A model generated the notes under the pieces. The model worked only from the letters and a program-made list of their open reading frames with translations. It was not told where the DNA came from and did not search any database. 64,000 nt of DNA from Sphingomonadaceae bacterium (GTDB lineage Bacteria; Pseudomonadota; Alphaproteobacteria; Sphingomonadales; Sphingomonadaceae): NCBI GenBank assembly GCA_016000085.1, contig JAECRT010000005.1, positions 47,493-111,492 on the forward strand, in the 5' to 3' direction. Below are positions 28,632 to 40,395 of this stretch, piece after piece; the first letter of the stretch is position 1, and each line of letters starts with the position of its first letter. Made by a program: the position numbers and the translations under genes.

Positions 28632-30367
28632 GCCGCGTCCTCCGCATGGCGGACGGTGACGACGCGCATCATGCCCGCGTGCATGTGCATCAGCATGTGA
28701 CAGTGGAAGGCCCAGTCGCCCAGCGCATCGGCGGTCAGGTCGAAGCTGATCTTGCCGCCGGGCAGGACGTTGACCGTATGCTTGCGCGGATTATGGGCCG
28801 GATCGTCGCCGGTCAGTAACTGGAAGAAATGGCCGTGAATATGGATGGGGTGCGGCATCATCGTGTCGTTGATGAGGGTGACGCGCACTCGCTCCATATG
28901 GCGGAAGGCGATGGGGTCCGCCCCGTCCGATAGCTTCACGCCGTCGAACGACCACATATAGCGTTCCATATTGGCGGTCAGGTGAATGTCGAGCGAGCGG
29001 GTGGGGGTGCGAATGTCGTCGTTCGGTTCCAGCGAGCGCAAGTCGGCATAGGTCAGCACGCGATGGTCGACATCCTCCAGGCCGGTGGGCCGGTCCGCCG
29101 TGCGATCGGCGGGCATGGAGGACAGGGTCGCGACGCCCGGTCCCATCGGCACATGAGGCGCGACCGACGGGTCGAGCATCTTCATGCTATGGCCCGCCAT
29201 GCTGTCGTTCGCAGGTTGGGACAGGTCGATCACACCACCCTGCCCCATGTCCATGCCGGACATGTCCATCCCCATATCCTTCATGGTGAGCAGCGGGCGG
29301 TGGCGCAGCGGCGGGATGGGCGCGACCATGCCGACCTGTGGCGCGAGCGTCGCGCGGACGAGGCCGGAACGGTCGATGGCTTCGGCGATCAGGCCGTACG
29401 CCTTCGCTTCGGTCGGTTGGATGACGACGTCATAGGTTTCGGCGATGCCGATCTGGAACTCGTCGGTTTCGACCGGCTGGACATGCTGGCCGTCGCACTG
29501 GACCACGGTCATGGCCAGACCGGGCAGGCGGACGTTGAAATTGGTCATGGCCGACGCGTTGATGAAGCGCAGACGGACCCGCTCGCCCGGCGTGAACAGC
29601 CCGGTCCAGTTTTCCGCCGTGCCATGGCCGTTGACCAGGAAGCTGTAGGTGGCGCCGGTGACGTCCGAAATATCGGTCGGGTCCATCCGCATCGCGCCCC
29701 ATTCCCTGCGGTCCCTGGCGCTTTGGTCCCTGCCCGCCAGTTGCCCGGCGAGCGTCTGTTTTTGCATATTGTAATAGCCGCCCATCTGCTTGAGGCGTTT
29801 GAGCAGCACATGGGGATGGACGGGGGTCCAGTCGGACAGGACGATCACATGTTCGCGTGTCGCCTGCACCGGATCGACGCCGGCGGGATCGATGACGAGC
29901 GGGCCGTAATGGCCCATCGCTTCCTGCATCCCCGAATGGCTGTGATACCAGTAGGTGCCGGACTGGCGGATCGGAAATGCGTAGGTGAAGGTTTCGCCGG
30001 GGCGGATGCCGGGGAAGCTGACGCCCGGTACGCCGTCCATCTGAAAGGGGACGATCAGGCCGTGCCAGTGGATCGAGGTGTCTTCCTTCAGCGTGTTGGT
30101 GACGGACAGGCGGACATTCTGCCCTTCCTTCAACCGGATGAGCGGCGCGGGCACGGTGCCGTTGATCATGATGGCATGGGCGGAACGGTGCCCCGTCGCG
30201 AAATGGCCTTCGCCCACGGTCAGCGCGACGGCTTCGCCCGACAACATATCGGGCGCGGGGCGCAGGCCCGGCGTGCCGCTGGCCGCCCAGGCGGGGAAGG
30301 CGTTGGTGAGGCCAAGGGCGGCGGCGCTTTTGAACAGAGTGCGGCGGTCGAGGGTCAGGTTGCTCAT
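28628..30367 (-). CDS. copA: CopA-family periplasmic multicopper oxidase
   Basis: Tat signal (RRTLFK), HWHG, WYHSH, Met-rich linker, HPIHIHG, HCHMLMHMHAGM. Confidence 0.96.
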   Translation of the reverse strand: MSNLTLDRRTLFKSAAALGLTNAFPAWAASGTPGLRPAPDMLSGEAVALTVGEGHFATGHRSAHAIMINGTVPAPLIRLKEGQNVRLSVTNTLKEDTSIHWHGLIVPFQMDGVPGVSFPGIRPGETFTYAFPIRQSGTYWYHSHSGMQEAMGHYGPLVIDPAGVDPVQATREHVIVLSDWTPVHPHVLLKRLKQMGGYYNMQKQTLAGQLAGRDQSARDRREWGAMRMDPTDISDVTGATYSFLVNGHGTAENWTGLFTPGERVRLRFINASAMTNFNVRLPGLAMTVVQCDGQHVQPVETDEFQIGIAETYDVVIQPTEAKAYGLIAEAIDRSGLVRATLAPQVGMVAPIPPLRHRPLLTMKDMGMDMSGMDMGQGGVIDLSQPANDSMAGHSMKMLDPSVAPHVPMGPGVATLSSMPADRTADRPTGLEDVDHRVLTYADLRSLEPNDDIRTPTRSLDIHLTANMERYMWSFDGVKLSDGADPIAFRHMERVRVTLINDTMMPHPIHIHGHFFQLLTGDDPAHNPRKHTVNVLPGGKISFDLTADALGDWAFHCHMLMHMHAGMMRVVTVRHAEDAA

Positions 30368-30373
30368 GCCCGA

Positions 30374-30955
30374 CTATACGCGGCTGTCGCGTTCATCCCT
30401 CAAACTTTCCGTCAGTTTCGCGCGGGCGCGGTACAGGCGGGTTTCGACGGCCTTTTCCGTGACGCCCAGCACATCTGCGGTTTCCGCCTGGCTCATCCCT
30501 TCGATCGTGCGGAGTAGCAGCACATCCTTCAGATTGCCGGGCAAAGCGGCAATGGCGGCGTTGATGCGCGCCAGTTCGGCGCCGGATTGCAGCGATTCTT
30601 CCGGGTTTTGCGCCAGATCGGCTACGAACAGCGCATCGTCGAGCGGGCGGGCGAAGGCGAATAAACGCCGTACTGCGCGCCGCCGCGCCCAGTCGCGGCA
30701 TTTGTTGAGCGCGATGCGGGCGATCCAGACGCGAAAGGGCCGCGTGCCATCATAGCGGGCGAGCGCGGTGAAGGCGGCGACGAAGCTTTCCTGTGTGATG
30801 TCGAGCGCTTCGTCGGCATCGCCGACATGGCCACGCGCCAGCCGCCAGACCGCATCGCGATGCCGTCGCATCAAGGCGCCATAGGCGTCCTGCCGTCCGG
30901 CCAGCGCCAGCGCGGCCAGTGCGCGATCATCCGGTTCAGAGGACGGCGACGTCAC
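30374..30955 (-). CDS. ECF RNA polymerase sigma factor (CnrH-like)
   Basis: DEALDITQESF, FRVWIARIALNKCRD (region 2), EGMSQAETA.VLG...KAVETRLYRAR (region 4). Confidence 0.92.
   Translation of the reverse strand: MTSPSSEPDDRALAALALAGRQDAYGALMRRHRDAVWRLARGHVGDADEALDITQESFVAAFTALARYDGTRPFRVWIARIALNKCRDWARRRAVRRLFAFARPLDDALFVADLAQNPEESLQSGAELARINAAIAALPGNLKDVLLLRTIEGMSQAETADVLGVTEKAVETRLYRARAKLTESLRDERDSRV
30375..30401 (-). promoter_or_regulatory. Putative ECF-sigma promoter of copAB: GAGGGAT-N14-CGTATA
   Basis: One of three identically spaced copies; lies in the last codons of the sigma gene. Confidence 0.7.
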
Positions 30956-31389
30956 CGGGCGGGGTCGGTCAGCGCCTTGACGATGGCGGCGTCGAATTGC
31001 CGCGCCTGATCGGGCCGCAGGACCGCGCGCATCGCGAAGATGTGCTGGAGCGTTTCCTTTTGCAGCGCGCCCATGACATGATGGGTCTGATCCACCGCCC
31101 GCCCCACCTGTGGCCCATAGCCATGTTCGGCGGCGATGGCGGCGGCGAGCCGTTCATTGTCGGCGCGCATTTCCCCCTCCAGCGCGGCGCGGCGTGTGGC
31201 GAAGGCCGCTTCGAGCGCGTGGATGCGCTTTTTCTGCGCAGCGTCGAGCGTCAGCCGCTGATGCAGCAGGGCATGGACTTCGCTTTCGACGCGGGGTTGC
31301 GGCGCAAGCCAGATGCGCCCGACCATGACCGCCGCCAGCGCGGCGGCGAAGGCGACCAGGGCGACGAGAGCGTAGCGCTTCAGGCTCAT
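30952..31389 (-). CDS. Periplasmic heavy-metal sensor (CnrX/NccX-like)
   Basis: N-terminal TM segment, H..LH..L.L, E..F, H..MG.LQ..TL.H.F.MR.VL.PDQ...FD. Confidence 0.85.
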   Translation of the reverse strand: MSLKRYALVALVAFAAALAAVMVGRIWLAPQPRVESEVHALLHQRLTLDAAQKKRIHALEAAFATRRAALEGEMRADNERLAAAIAAEHGYGPQVGRAVDQTHHVMGALQKETLQHIFAMRAVLRPDQARQFDAAIVKALTDPAR

Positions 31390-31646
31390 TGGCCGAGCAG
31401 GCGCGAGGGCGCATAGTCCGACATGCCGATCGGCGTCGGCGCAGCTTGCGCGGGGGCGCCCGGCACCATGCTGCCCGCCCAGCCGATCCCGACCGCGACG
31501 ATCCCCGCCAACATCAGACTGCGCCGCGCGGCGGTGCGATCGCGCCGTTCGCCCACGCCCCGCATCACCGCCGTGTCGATAGTGTCCAGCCGGGCGTCGG
31601 TGGGCATCGCCGCCACCCGCCCCAGCAACTGATCCAGATCGGTCAT
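31386..31646 (-). CDS. CnrY/NccY-like anti-sigma factor
   Basis: Small single-TM protein ending APSRLL, translationally coupled to the cnrX-like gene. Start 31646 (GGAG RBS) or 31661. Confidence 0.75.
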   Translation of the reverse strand: MTDLDQLLGRVAAMPTDARLDTIDTAVMRGVGERRDRTAARRSLMLAGIVAVGIGWAGSMVPGAPAQAAPTPIGMSDYAPSRLLGQ

Positions 31647-31671
31647 TCGCACATACTCCATCTCATTGCGT

Positions 31672-31698
31672 CATACGCGCGCCGAGCGCCTATCCCTC
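31672..31698 (-). promoter_or_regulatory. Putative ECF-sigma promoter of the cnrYXH-like operon: GAGGGAT-N14-CGTATG
   Basis: Same motif and spacing as at copA and copC. Confidence 0.7.
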
Positions 31699-31732
31699 AT
31701 CCCGGCGCCCGGAAAAAAATGTCCTGCCGGTC

Positions 31733-31759
31733 GAGGGATGCGTCCTGTCCATGCGTAAT
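31733..31759 (+). promoter_or_regulatory. Putative ECF-sigma promoter of copC: GAGGGAT-N14-CGTAAT
   Basis: Same motif and spacing. Confidence 0.7.
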
Positions 31760-31790
31760 GCCCCTTAACCGCCCTTGAGGAGAAGCCCCC

Positions 31791-32168
31791 ATGTCCCGTT
31801 TTCTGATTGCCGCCGCCATCGCCCTGACCGTCCTGCCCGGCGCAGCCTTTGCCCATAGCAAGATGGTGTCGTCCACCCCGGCCGCCAACGCGACCGTCGC
31901 CAAACCGACCAGGCTGAGCCTGACCTTTTCCGAGAAATTCCTGGCCCCGATGAGCGGCGTCGAGCTGGTGATGACCGGGATGCCGGGCATGGCCGACCAT
32001 GCGCCGATGCCGATCAAGGGATATAAGACCAGCGTCGCGCCCGATGGCAAGACGATGATCGTCACCCTGCCCCGCGCTTTGCCCGCCGGCAGCTATGACC
32101 TGAAATGGCATATCGTGGGCGCGGACCAGCACAAGATGGAAGGCGGCTATAGCTTCAAGGTGAAGTAA
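31791..32168 (+). CDS. copC: Periplasmic copper-binding protein CopC
   Basis: Signal peptide ending AFA-H (N-terminal His), SSTPAANA, MTGMPGM, W..V.AD.H...G.Y.F.VK. Confidence 0.93.
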   Translation: MSRFLIAAAIALTVLPGAAFAHSKMVSSTPAANATVAKPTRLSLTFSEKFLAPMSGVELVMTGMPGMADHAPMPIKGYKTSVAPDGKTMIVTLPRALPAGSYDLKWHIVGADQHKMEGGYSFKVK

Positions 32169-32251
32169 GCCGTCATGAGCGAGGTGGTGCGGGCATTGGC
32201 GCGGTTCGGCTTGATGGGTCAGGGATCGGCGTTGCGGTTTCGCCGACGGAC

Positions 32252-32872
32252 TTACGCGTCGCGCGGGATCAGCCCGGCCATCAATATATCGACCATGCCT
32301 TGGGACAGTTGCTCGCTGGACATTGACCCATCCGCCGCATGCCAGCGGGCGGGCCAGTTCAACGCCCCGGCAAGGACAAAGGCCGTCAACTTGACATCGA
32401 GCGGGGCAATGGAACCGTCTTCGATCGCCTTTTCCAACAGCCCCCGCAGGGCGTCATCGATCTTCCGTTTAAGGGCGCGGAACTGGTCGCGGCTTTCGGG
32501 CGCCAGCGCCTCTTCGCCCGTACGAATGACGCACCGTCCAAAGTCGTCCATGTTGACTTCGGCATAGCGGCGAAGAAAGCGGATCAGCCGATCCCGCCCC
32601 GTTCCCGGCTCCTGCTCCGCCTCTTGCGCAGCCTGCAACAGCTGGCGAAGGCCGATGGTGACGCATTCCAGCAGCACCTGATCCTTGTTCGCCAGATAAT
32701 GGTAGATCGTGCGCTTGGAGATACCAAGACTGGCGGCGACGTCGTCCAGCGACGTAGCGAAAAAGCCGCGTTCGTTGAACATCTGCACTGCCGCGCGCAG
32801 CACCGCTGCGCGCTTGGCCACCCTGTCCGATTCGCGCTGTGCGGCATTTCTGAAGGGGGAGTCGGACTGCAT
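32252..32872 (-). CDS. TetR/AcrR family transcriptional regulator
   Basis: FNERGFFATSLDDVAASLGISKRTIYHYLANKDQVL; GALNW..RW. Confidence 0.92.
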   Translation of the reverse strand: MQSDSPFRNAAQRESDRVAKRAAVLRAAVQMFNERGFFATSLDDVAASLGISKRTIYHYLANKDQVLLECVTIGLRQLLQAAQEAEQEPGTGRDRLIRFLRRYAEVNMDDFGRCVIRTGEEALAPESRDQFRALKRKIDDALRGLLEKAIEDGSIAPLDVKLTAFVLAGALNWPARWHAADGSMSSEQLSQGMVDILMAGLIPRDA

Positions 32873-32901
32873 GACCGACGATTGACATGAAACGCAGAGA
32901 A

Positions 32902-32931
32902 GAACAATACACTCGCGAGTGCATATTGTTC
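32902..32931. promoter_or_regulatory. Putative TetR operator palindrome GAACAATA-CACTCGCGAGTG-ca-TATTGTTC
   Basis: Long inverted repeat between the divergent tetR and the acyl-CoA dehydrogenase operon. Confidence 0.65.
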
Positions 32932-33053
32932 GGATGGGTGTTTGATTCGACCTGCCACGACAAAAACGCGGTTCGGACCTTGGCTACACATGGACGGGAG
33001 AGGGGATTTTCAATGGGTATTGAAAGACCGGCTACGATAGGGATGGTAACGCG

Positions 33054-34244
33054 ATGAGCGGGATCGGCGCCGAGCGCACCCGCGCGATCGCGGCCAAGGT
33101 CGAAGCCTTCGTCCGCGATGTTGTGGTCCCCTATGAACATGATCCACGCCGCGACCATCATGACTGCCCCAGCGAGGAACTGGTCGCCGAGTTGAAGGAA
33201 AGGGCGCGGGAGGCCGGTGTGCTGACCCCTCATATTCTGGATGACGGCAGTCACCTGACCCAGCGGGAAACCGCCATCATTCTTGCGAAAAGCGGCCTGT
33301 CGCCACTGGGTCCGCTTGCGTGCAACACGGCGGCCCCCGACGAGGGCAACATGTATCTGCTGGGCAAGGTCGGCAGTGCAGATATCAAGGAACGCTTCCT
33401 GAAGCCGCTGGTCGAAGGCAAGGCCCGTTCCGCTTTCTTCATGACCGAGCCAGCGGCCGAGGGCGGCGCGGGATCGGACCCATCGATGATGCAGACGACC
33501 TGCCATCAGGACGGCAATCACTGGGTCATCAACGGGCGCAAGGCGTTCATCACCGGGGCCGATGGCGCGGGCATCGGCATCGTCATGGCGAAATCGCAGG
33601 AGGGCGCCTGCATGTTCCTGGTCGATCTGCCCGACCCGGCGATCCGCATAGACCATGTGCCCAACACGATCGACAGTTCGATGCCCGGCGGCCATGCCGT
33701 TGTGACCATCGACAATCTGCGCGTGCCAGCGGACCAGATGCTCGGTCATGCAGGTGAAGGGTTTCAATATGCACAGGTGCGCCTCAGCCCCGCGCGGTTG
33801 TCGCATTGCATGCGGTGGCATGGCGCGTGCGTGCGCGCGAACGAGATCGCAACCGACTATGCCAACCGCCGCATGGCGTTCGGCAAGACGCTGATCGATC
33901 ATGAGGGCGTGGGCTTCATGCTGGCGGAAAATCTGATCGACCTGAAGCAGGCCGAACTGATGATCGATTGGTGCGCGGACGTGCTGGATACGGGATCGCT
34001 GGGCACCGCCGAAAGCTCCATCACCAAGGTGGCGGTGTCCGAAGCGTTGATGCGCGTCGCCGATCGCTGCGTTCAGGTGATGGGCGGCGCGGGCGTGACT
34101 AACGACACGATCGTCGAGCAGGTCTATCGCGAAATCCGCGCCTTTCGCATCTATGACGGCCCGACCGAGGTTCATAAATGGAGCCTGGCGAAGAAGATCA
34201 AGCGGGACTGGAAAGCGGCGCAGGCGCAGAAGGACAAGCCATGA
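33054..34244 (+). CDS. Acyl-CoA dehydrogenase (ACAD10/11-like)
   Basis: NTAAPDEGNM, FFMTEP, INGRK.FITGA, QVRLSPARLSHCMR, FRIYDGPTEVH. Confidence 0.92.
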   Translation: MSGIGAERTRAIAAKVEAFVRDVVVPYEHDPRRDHHDCPSEELVAELKERAREAGVLTPHILDDGSHLTQRETAIILAKSGLSPLGPLACNTAAPDEGNMYLLGKVGSADIKERFLKPLVEGKARSAFFMTEPAAEGGAGSDPSMMQTTCHQDGNHWVINGRKAFITGADGAGIGIVMAKSQEGACMFLVDLPDPAIRIDHVPNTIDSSMPGGHAVVTIDNLRVPADQMLGHAGEGFQYAQVRLSPARLSHCMRWHGACVRANEIATDYANRRMAFGKTLIDHEGVGFMLAENLIDLKQAELMIDWCADVLDTGSLGTAESSITKVAVSEALMRVADRCVQVMGGAGVTNDTIVEQVYREIRAFRIYDGPTEVHKWSLAKKIKRDWKAAQAQKDKP

Positions 34245-35308
34245 GCGCCGTGGGCGAGGACGCCAATGTCGGCACGACGGCAGTACGCGACGCCTATCGG
34301 TTCGACGAGGCCGCACTGGCGCGCTGGATGGCCGCGCATGTGGAGGGCTATGCCGGGCCGCTGCGCGTCGAGCAGTTCAAGGGCGGGCAGTCCAACCCAA
34401 CCTACAAGCTGGTCACGCCGGGCCGCAGCTATGTGCTGCGGCGCAAGCCACCGGGCGATACGCTGAAAGGCGCGCACGCCGTGGATCGCGAGGCACGGGT
34501 GCTGACGGCGCTGGGCGGCGCGAATTTCCCGGTGGCGCGGGTCTTTGGCCTATGCACCGACGACAGCGTCATCGGTAGCTGGTTCTACGTCATGGACATG
34601 GTCGAAGGGCGGGTCTTCTGGGACGCGACCTTCCCGTCCGTCGACCGCGCGGAGCGACCCGCCTATTTCGACGCGATGAATGCGACGATCGCGCAGTTGC
34701 ACGGCATCGACTATGCGGCGATCGGGCTGGCCGACTATGGCAAGCCGGGCAATTATTTCGCGCGGCAGATCGGCCGATGGTCCCGGCAATATCTGGAGGA
34801 TCAGGATGCCGGGCGCGATGCCGACATGGACAGGCTGATCGCCTGGCTGCCCGACCATATTCCGGCGGGCGAGGACAACAGCATCGTCCATGGCGATTTC
34901 CGTTGCGACAACATGATATTCCACCCGACCGAGCCGCGCGTGTTGGCAGTGCTGGACTGGGAATTGTCGACGCTGGGCCACCCGCTGGCGGACTTTGCCT
35001 ATCATGCGATGATGTATCAGATGCCGCCCGATATCGTCGCTGGGCTGGGCGGAGTGGACATCGCCGCGCTGAACATCCCGGCAGAGGCGGACTATGTCGC
35101 GGCCTATTGCGCGCGGACCGGGCGAACCGGCATCCCCAACTGGGATTTCTACATCGCCTTCAACTATTTCCGGCTGGCGGCGATCTTCCACGGCATCAAG
35201 GGGCGCGTCATCCGGGGGACGGCGGCGTCCGCCCATGCCCGCGAACGCGCCAAGGCGCTGCCCCGCCTGTCCGCACTGGCGCGGCTATCGATGGAGAAAT
35301 GCACATGA
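34241..35308 (+). CDS. APH/choline-kinase-like phosphotransferase (ACAD10/11 kinase-like)
   Basis: QFKGGQSNPTY, YVLRRKPPG, AHAVDRE, HGDFRCDN, VLDWELSTLGHP. Confidence 0.92.
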   Translation: MSAVGEDANVGTTAVRDAYRFDEAALARWMAAHVEGYAGPLRVEQFKGGQSNPTYKLVTPGRSYVLRRKPPGDTLKGAHAVDREARVLTALGGANFPVARVFGLCTDDSVIGSWFYVMDMVEGRVFWDATFPSVDRAERPAYFDAMNATIAQLHGIDYAAIGLADYGKPGNYFARQIGRWSRQYLEDQDAGRDADMDRLIAWLPDHIPAGEDNSIVHGDFRCDNMIFHPTEPRVLAVLDWELSTLGHPLADFAYHAMMYQMPPDIVAGLGGVDIAALNIPAEADYVAAYCARTGRTGIPNWDFYIAFNYFRLAAIFHGIKGRVIRGTAASAHARERAKALPRLSALARLSMEKCT

Positions 35309-36096
35309 CCGACGCTCTCGTACTGGTCAGCGTGGATGGTCCGATCGCCACGCTGACGCTGAACCGCCCGGATGCGGGCAACACCCTCAATCAGGCGCTG
35401 GCCGACGCCCTGCTCGATGCCGCGATCCGTTGCGACAGCGACCCCGCCATCCGTTGCGTGGTGCTGACCGGCAAAGGCAAGCTGTTCTGCGGCGGCGGCG
35501 ACATAGCCTCTTTTGCCGAGGCCGGTGACGCCGTGCCTGCCTTCCTCAGCAGGCTGGCAGGCACGCTGCATATGGCGGTGAGCCGGTTGCTGAGGATGGC
35601 CAAGCCGTTGCTGGTGGTCGTCAACGGTCCGGCGGCGGGCGCTGGCCTTAGCCTCGCCATAGCGGGCGATGTCGTGATCGCGGCGCAATCCGCGCATTTC
35701 ATCGCCGCCTATGGCAGCGTGGGCCTGACGCCCGACGGCGGCATGTCATGGTTGTTGCCGCGCCATGTCGGCCTGCGCCGGGCGCAGGAGATCATCCTGA
35801 CCAACCGCAAGGTTTCGGCCGAAGAGGCCGCTGCGATCGGCATGGTGACGCGCACCGTGCCCGACGACCAACTGGCCGCAGAGGTGGCGAAGACGGCGCG
35901 GATGCTCGCCGATGGGCCGACCGGCGCCATCGCCGGCGCCCGCGCGCTGCTGCTGGAAAGCTCCCATAGCTCGCTCGAAGGCCATCTGGAACGCGAGACG
36001 CGCAGCATCGCGACGGCCGGCGGCAGCGCCGAATGTCGCGAAGGCGTCGCGGCGTTCCTTGGCCGGCGCAAACCCGATTTCTCAGGAGAAGCATGA
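35305..36096 (+). CDS. Enoyl-CoA hydratase/isomerase
   Basis: LTLNRP, FCGGGDI, VNGPAAGAG, GLTPDGG, EGV.AF..RRKP.F. Confidence 0.92.
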   Translation: MTDALVLVSVDGPIATLTLNRPDAGNTLNQALADALLDAAIRCDSDPAIRCVVLTGKGKLFCGGGDIASFAEAGDAVPAFLSRLAGTLHMAVSRLLRMAKPLLVVVNGPAAGAGLSLAIAGDVVIAAQSAHFIAAYGSVGLTPDGGMSWLLPRHVGLRRAQEIILTNRKVSAEEAAAIGMVTRTVPDDQLAAEVAKTARMLADGPTGAIAGARALLLESSHSSLEGHLERETRSIATAGGSAECREGVAAFLGRRKPDFSGEA

Positions 36097-36097
36097 C

Positions 36098-38256
<2,159 letters not shown>

Positions 38257-38265
38257 AGCGACAGC

Positions 38266-39249
38266 CTATTCGGCCGCTTCCAGCCTCGGCTCCGGTGCAT
38301 TCAGGCCGAGGCGACCAAGCAGATCCGCATCGGACGCCTGACCCGCATTGGGCGTGGTGAGCAACCGGTCGCCGGTGAAGATCGAGTTCGCCCCGGCAAG
38401 GAAGCACAGCGCCTGTCCCGCCTCGCTCATCGTTTCACGCCCGGCGGACAGGCGAACCATGGTGTCGGGCAGCACGATGCGCGCGGTGGCGACGGTGCGC
38501 ACAAACTCGATCTCGTCGATCGGCGCGCCTTCCGCATCCAGTTGCGCGTCGCCGATCGGCGTTCCGGCGATAGGCACCAGCCGATTCAACGGGACGCTTT
38601 GCGGATGTTGCGGCAGGGTCGCCAGCGCATGGATGAAGCCCACCCGCTCGCTGCGGCTTTCCCCCATGCCCATGATGCCGCCGCAGCAGACGTTGATGCC
38701 CGCGTCCCGCACATGGTCCAGCGTATCCATCCGGTCCTGCCAGACGCGGGTGGTGACGACCCGGTCATAATATTCCGGCGCGGTGTCGATATTATGATTG
38801 TAATAGTCGAGCCCCGCTTCCGCGAGCCGCGCGCTCTGGTCCGCCGTCAGCATACCAAGCGTCATGCATGTTTCCAGGCCCATCGCCCGCACGCCCTTCA
38901 CCATCGCGACGATTATGGCCATGTCGCGATCCTTGGGCGAACGCCATGCCGCGCCCATGCAGAAGCGTTCGCTGCCCGCCGCCTTCGCTTCGCGCGCCGC
39001 AGTCAGCACGGCGTCGACCGCCATCAATTTGCTGGCTTTGAGACCCGTGGCGAAATGAGCGGACTGACTGCAATAGCCGCAATTTTCGGCGCATCCGCCG
39101 GTCTTGATCGACAGCAAGGTCGATTGCTGCACATGGTTGGCCCGATGATGGGCGCGATGCACGGTCTGCGCCTGGAACAGCAGGTCGGCGAAGGGCAGGT
39201 CGAAAATCGCGGCGATCTCGTCGCGAGTCCAGTCGGTGCGGATGGTCAT
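38266..39249 (-). CDS. bioB: Biotin synthase
   Basis: [17 protein letters not shown] (radical SAM CxxxCxxC), [37 protein letters not shown]. Confidence 0.97.
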   Translation of the reverse strand: MTIRTDWTRDEIAAIFDLPFADLLFQAQTVHRAHHRANHVQQSTLLSIKTGGCAENCGYCSQSAHFATGLKASKLMAVDAVLTAAREAKAAGSERFCMGAAWRSPKDRDMAIIVAMVKGVRAMGLETCMTLGMLTADQSARLAEAGLDYYNHNIDTAPEYYDRVVTTRVWQDRMDTLDHVRDAGINVCCGGIMGMGESRSERVGFIHALATLPQHPQSVPLNRLVPIAGTPIGDAQLDAEGAPIDEIEFVRTVATARIVLPDTMVRLSAGRETMSEAGQALCFLAGANSIFTGDRLLTTPNAGQASDADLLGRLGLNAPEPRLEAAE

Positions 39250-39263
39250 GGCAGATATGTCCT

Positions 39264-40007
39264 TCAGGCCATCAGCCCGCCGCCATTGGCGTGCAGGATC
39301 TGGCCGGTGATGAAGCTAGCGCGGGGCGAGGCCAAAAAGAGGATGGCTTCGGCGATCTCAACGGTTTCGGCCAAACGGCCGAGCGGCAGCGCTTGTGTCA
39401 CTGTCCTGACCGCGCCGGTGGTGTCGGACGCCATGAGCGCATCGACCGTTTCGGTGCGGGTCGGCCCGGCGGAAACGGCGTTGACGCGGATCGAGGGCGC
39501 GCCTTCCAGCGCCAGCGTGCGGGTGAAAGCCTCCACCCCCGCCTTGGCGGCGGCATAGACCGACAGGCCCGGCGTGGGCAAACGGGCGGCGGTGGACGAT
39601 ATGTTGACGATCGCGCCGCCCCTTTCGCGCAGGATGGGAAAGGCCGCGCGGCACAGCATGACCGTGCCGGTCAGGTTGGCCGCGATGGTGTCGGCGTACA
39701 GGGCGTCGGTCGTCTCCTCGATCAGCGCGGTCGGGAAGATGCCGGCTATATTGGCGAGGATGTCGAGGCTCCCGCCATGCGCGATCGCCGCGGAGACGGC
39801 CTGCGTTGCGGTATCGGCCTGCGCAATGTCGCCCGCCACGATCGTCGCCGCCGCGCCCAGACTGTCCGCCGCCGATCGCAGCGCTGCTGCGTTCCGGCCG
39901 ACCAGCACCACATGCGCGCCACGCTCCACCAGCAACCTGGCGACAGTCAGGCCGATGCCTCTGGAGCCGCCGGTCACGATGGCGGTCTTGTCCGAAAATT
40001 CCCCCAT
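39264..40007 (-). CDS. Short-chain dehydrogenase/reductase
   Basis: [32 protein letters not shown]. Confidence 0.93.
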   Translation of the reverse strand: MGEFSDKTAIVTGGSRGIGLTVARLLVERGAHVVLVGRNAAALRSAADSLGAAATIVAGDIAQADTATQAVSAAIAHGGSLDILANIAGIFPTALIEETTDALYADTIAANLTGTVMLCRAAFPILRERGGAIVNISSTAARLPTPGLSVYAAAKAGVEAFTRTLALEGAPSIRVNAVSAGPTRTETVDALMASDTTGAVRTVTQALPLGRLAETVEIAEAILFLASPRASFITGQILHANGGGLMA

Positions 40008-40017
40008 CGCGCTTCGC

Positions 40018-40395
40018 CTATCCGTTGATGTTGCGATGCCGCGTGCGTCGATCGTCGATCACCAGCCGCACGCTCTGCTCGCCCTTCAAGCCGCACATGT
40101 CGGCATAGACGACATGCTGGCCGTGCAGTCGCGACCAGCCGATATCGGCCAGTTGCGCGATATGCGTCCCATGGTCGACATAGAGCCAGCCACCCACGCC
40201 CGCCAGTTCCACCACCAGCATGGCCGCAATCCCCGCCCGGACACGCGGTCGCCGCAGCCATACGGCCGCACGGGTGAAGATCGTATCCGCCGCCTCACCC
40301 TCCGGCACTGGGGCCAGACCCCAGAATATCGCCCAGCGCCGCAGCATCGCCATCGCCTGGGCGACCAGAAAGGCGGCGATGAGGCAGCAGGCCAT
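40018..40395 (-). CDS. Hypothetical small membrane protein
   Basis: Start overlaps the upstream stop (TGATG); two hydrophobic stretches; fills the gap inside the operon. Confidence 0.6.
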   Translation of the reverse strand: MACCLIAAFLVAQAMAMLRRWAIFWGLAPVPEGEAADTIFTRAAVWLRRPRVRAGIAAMLVVELAGVGGWLYVDHGTHIAQLADIGWSRLHGQHVVYADMCGLKGEQSVRLVIDDRRTRHRNING

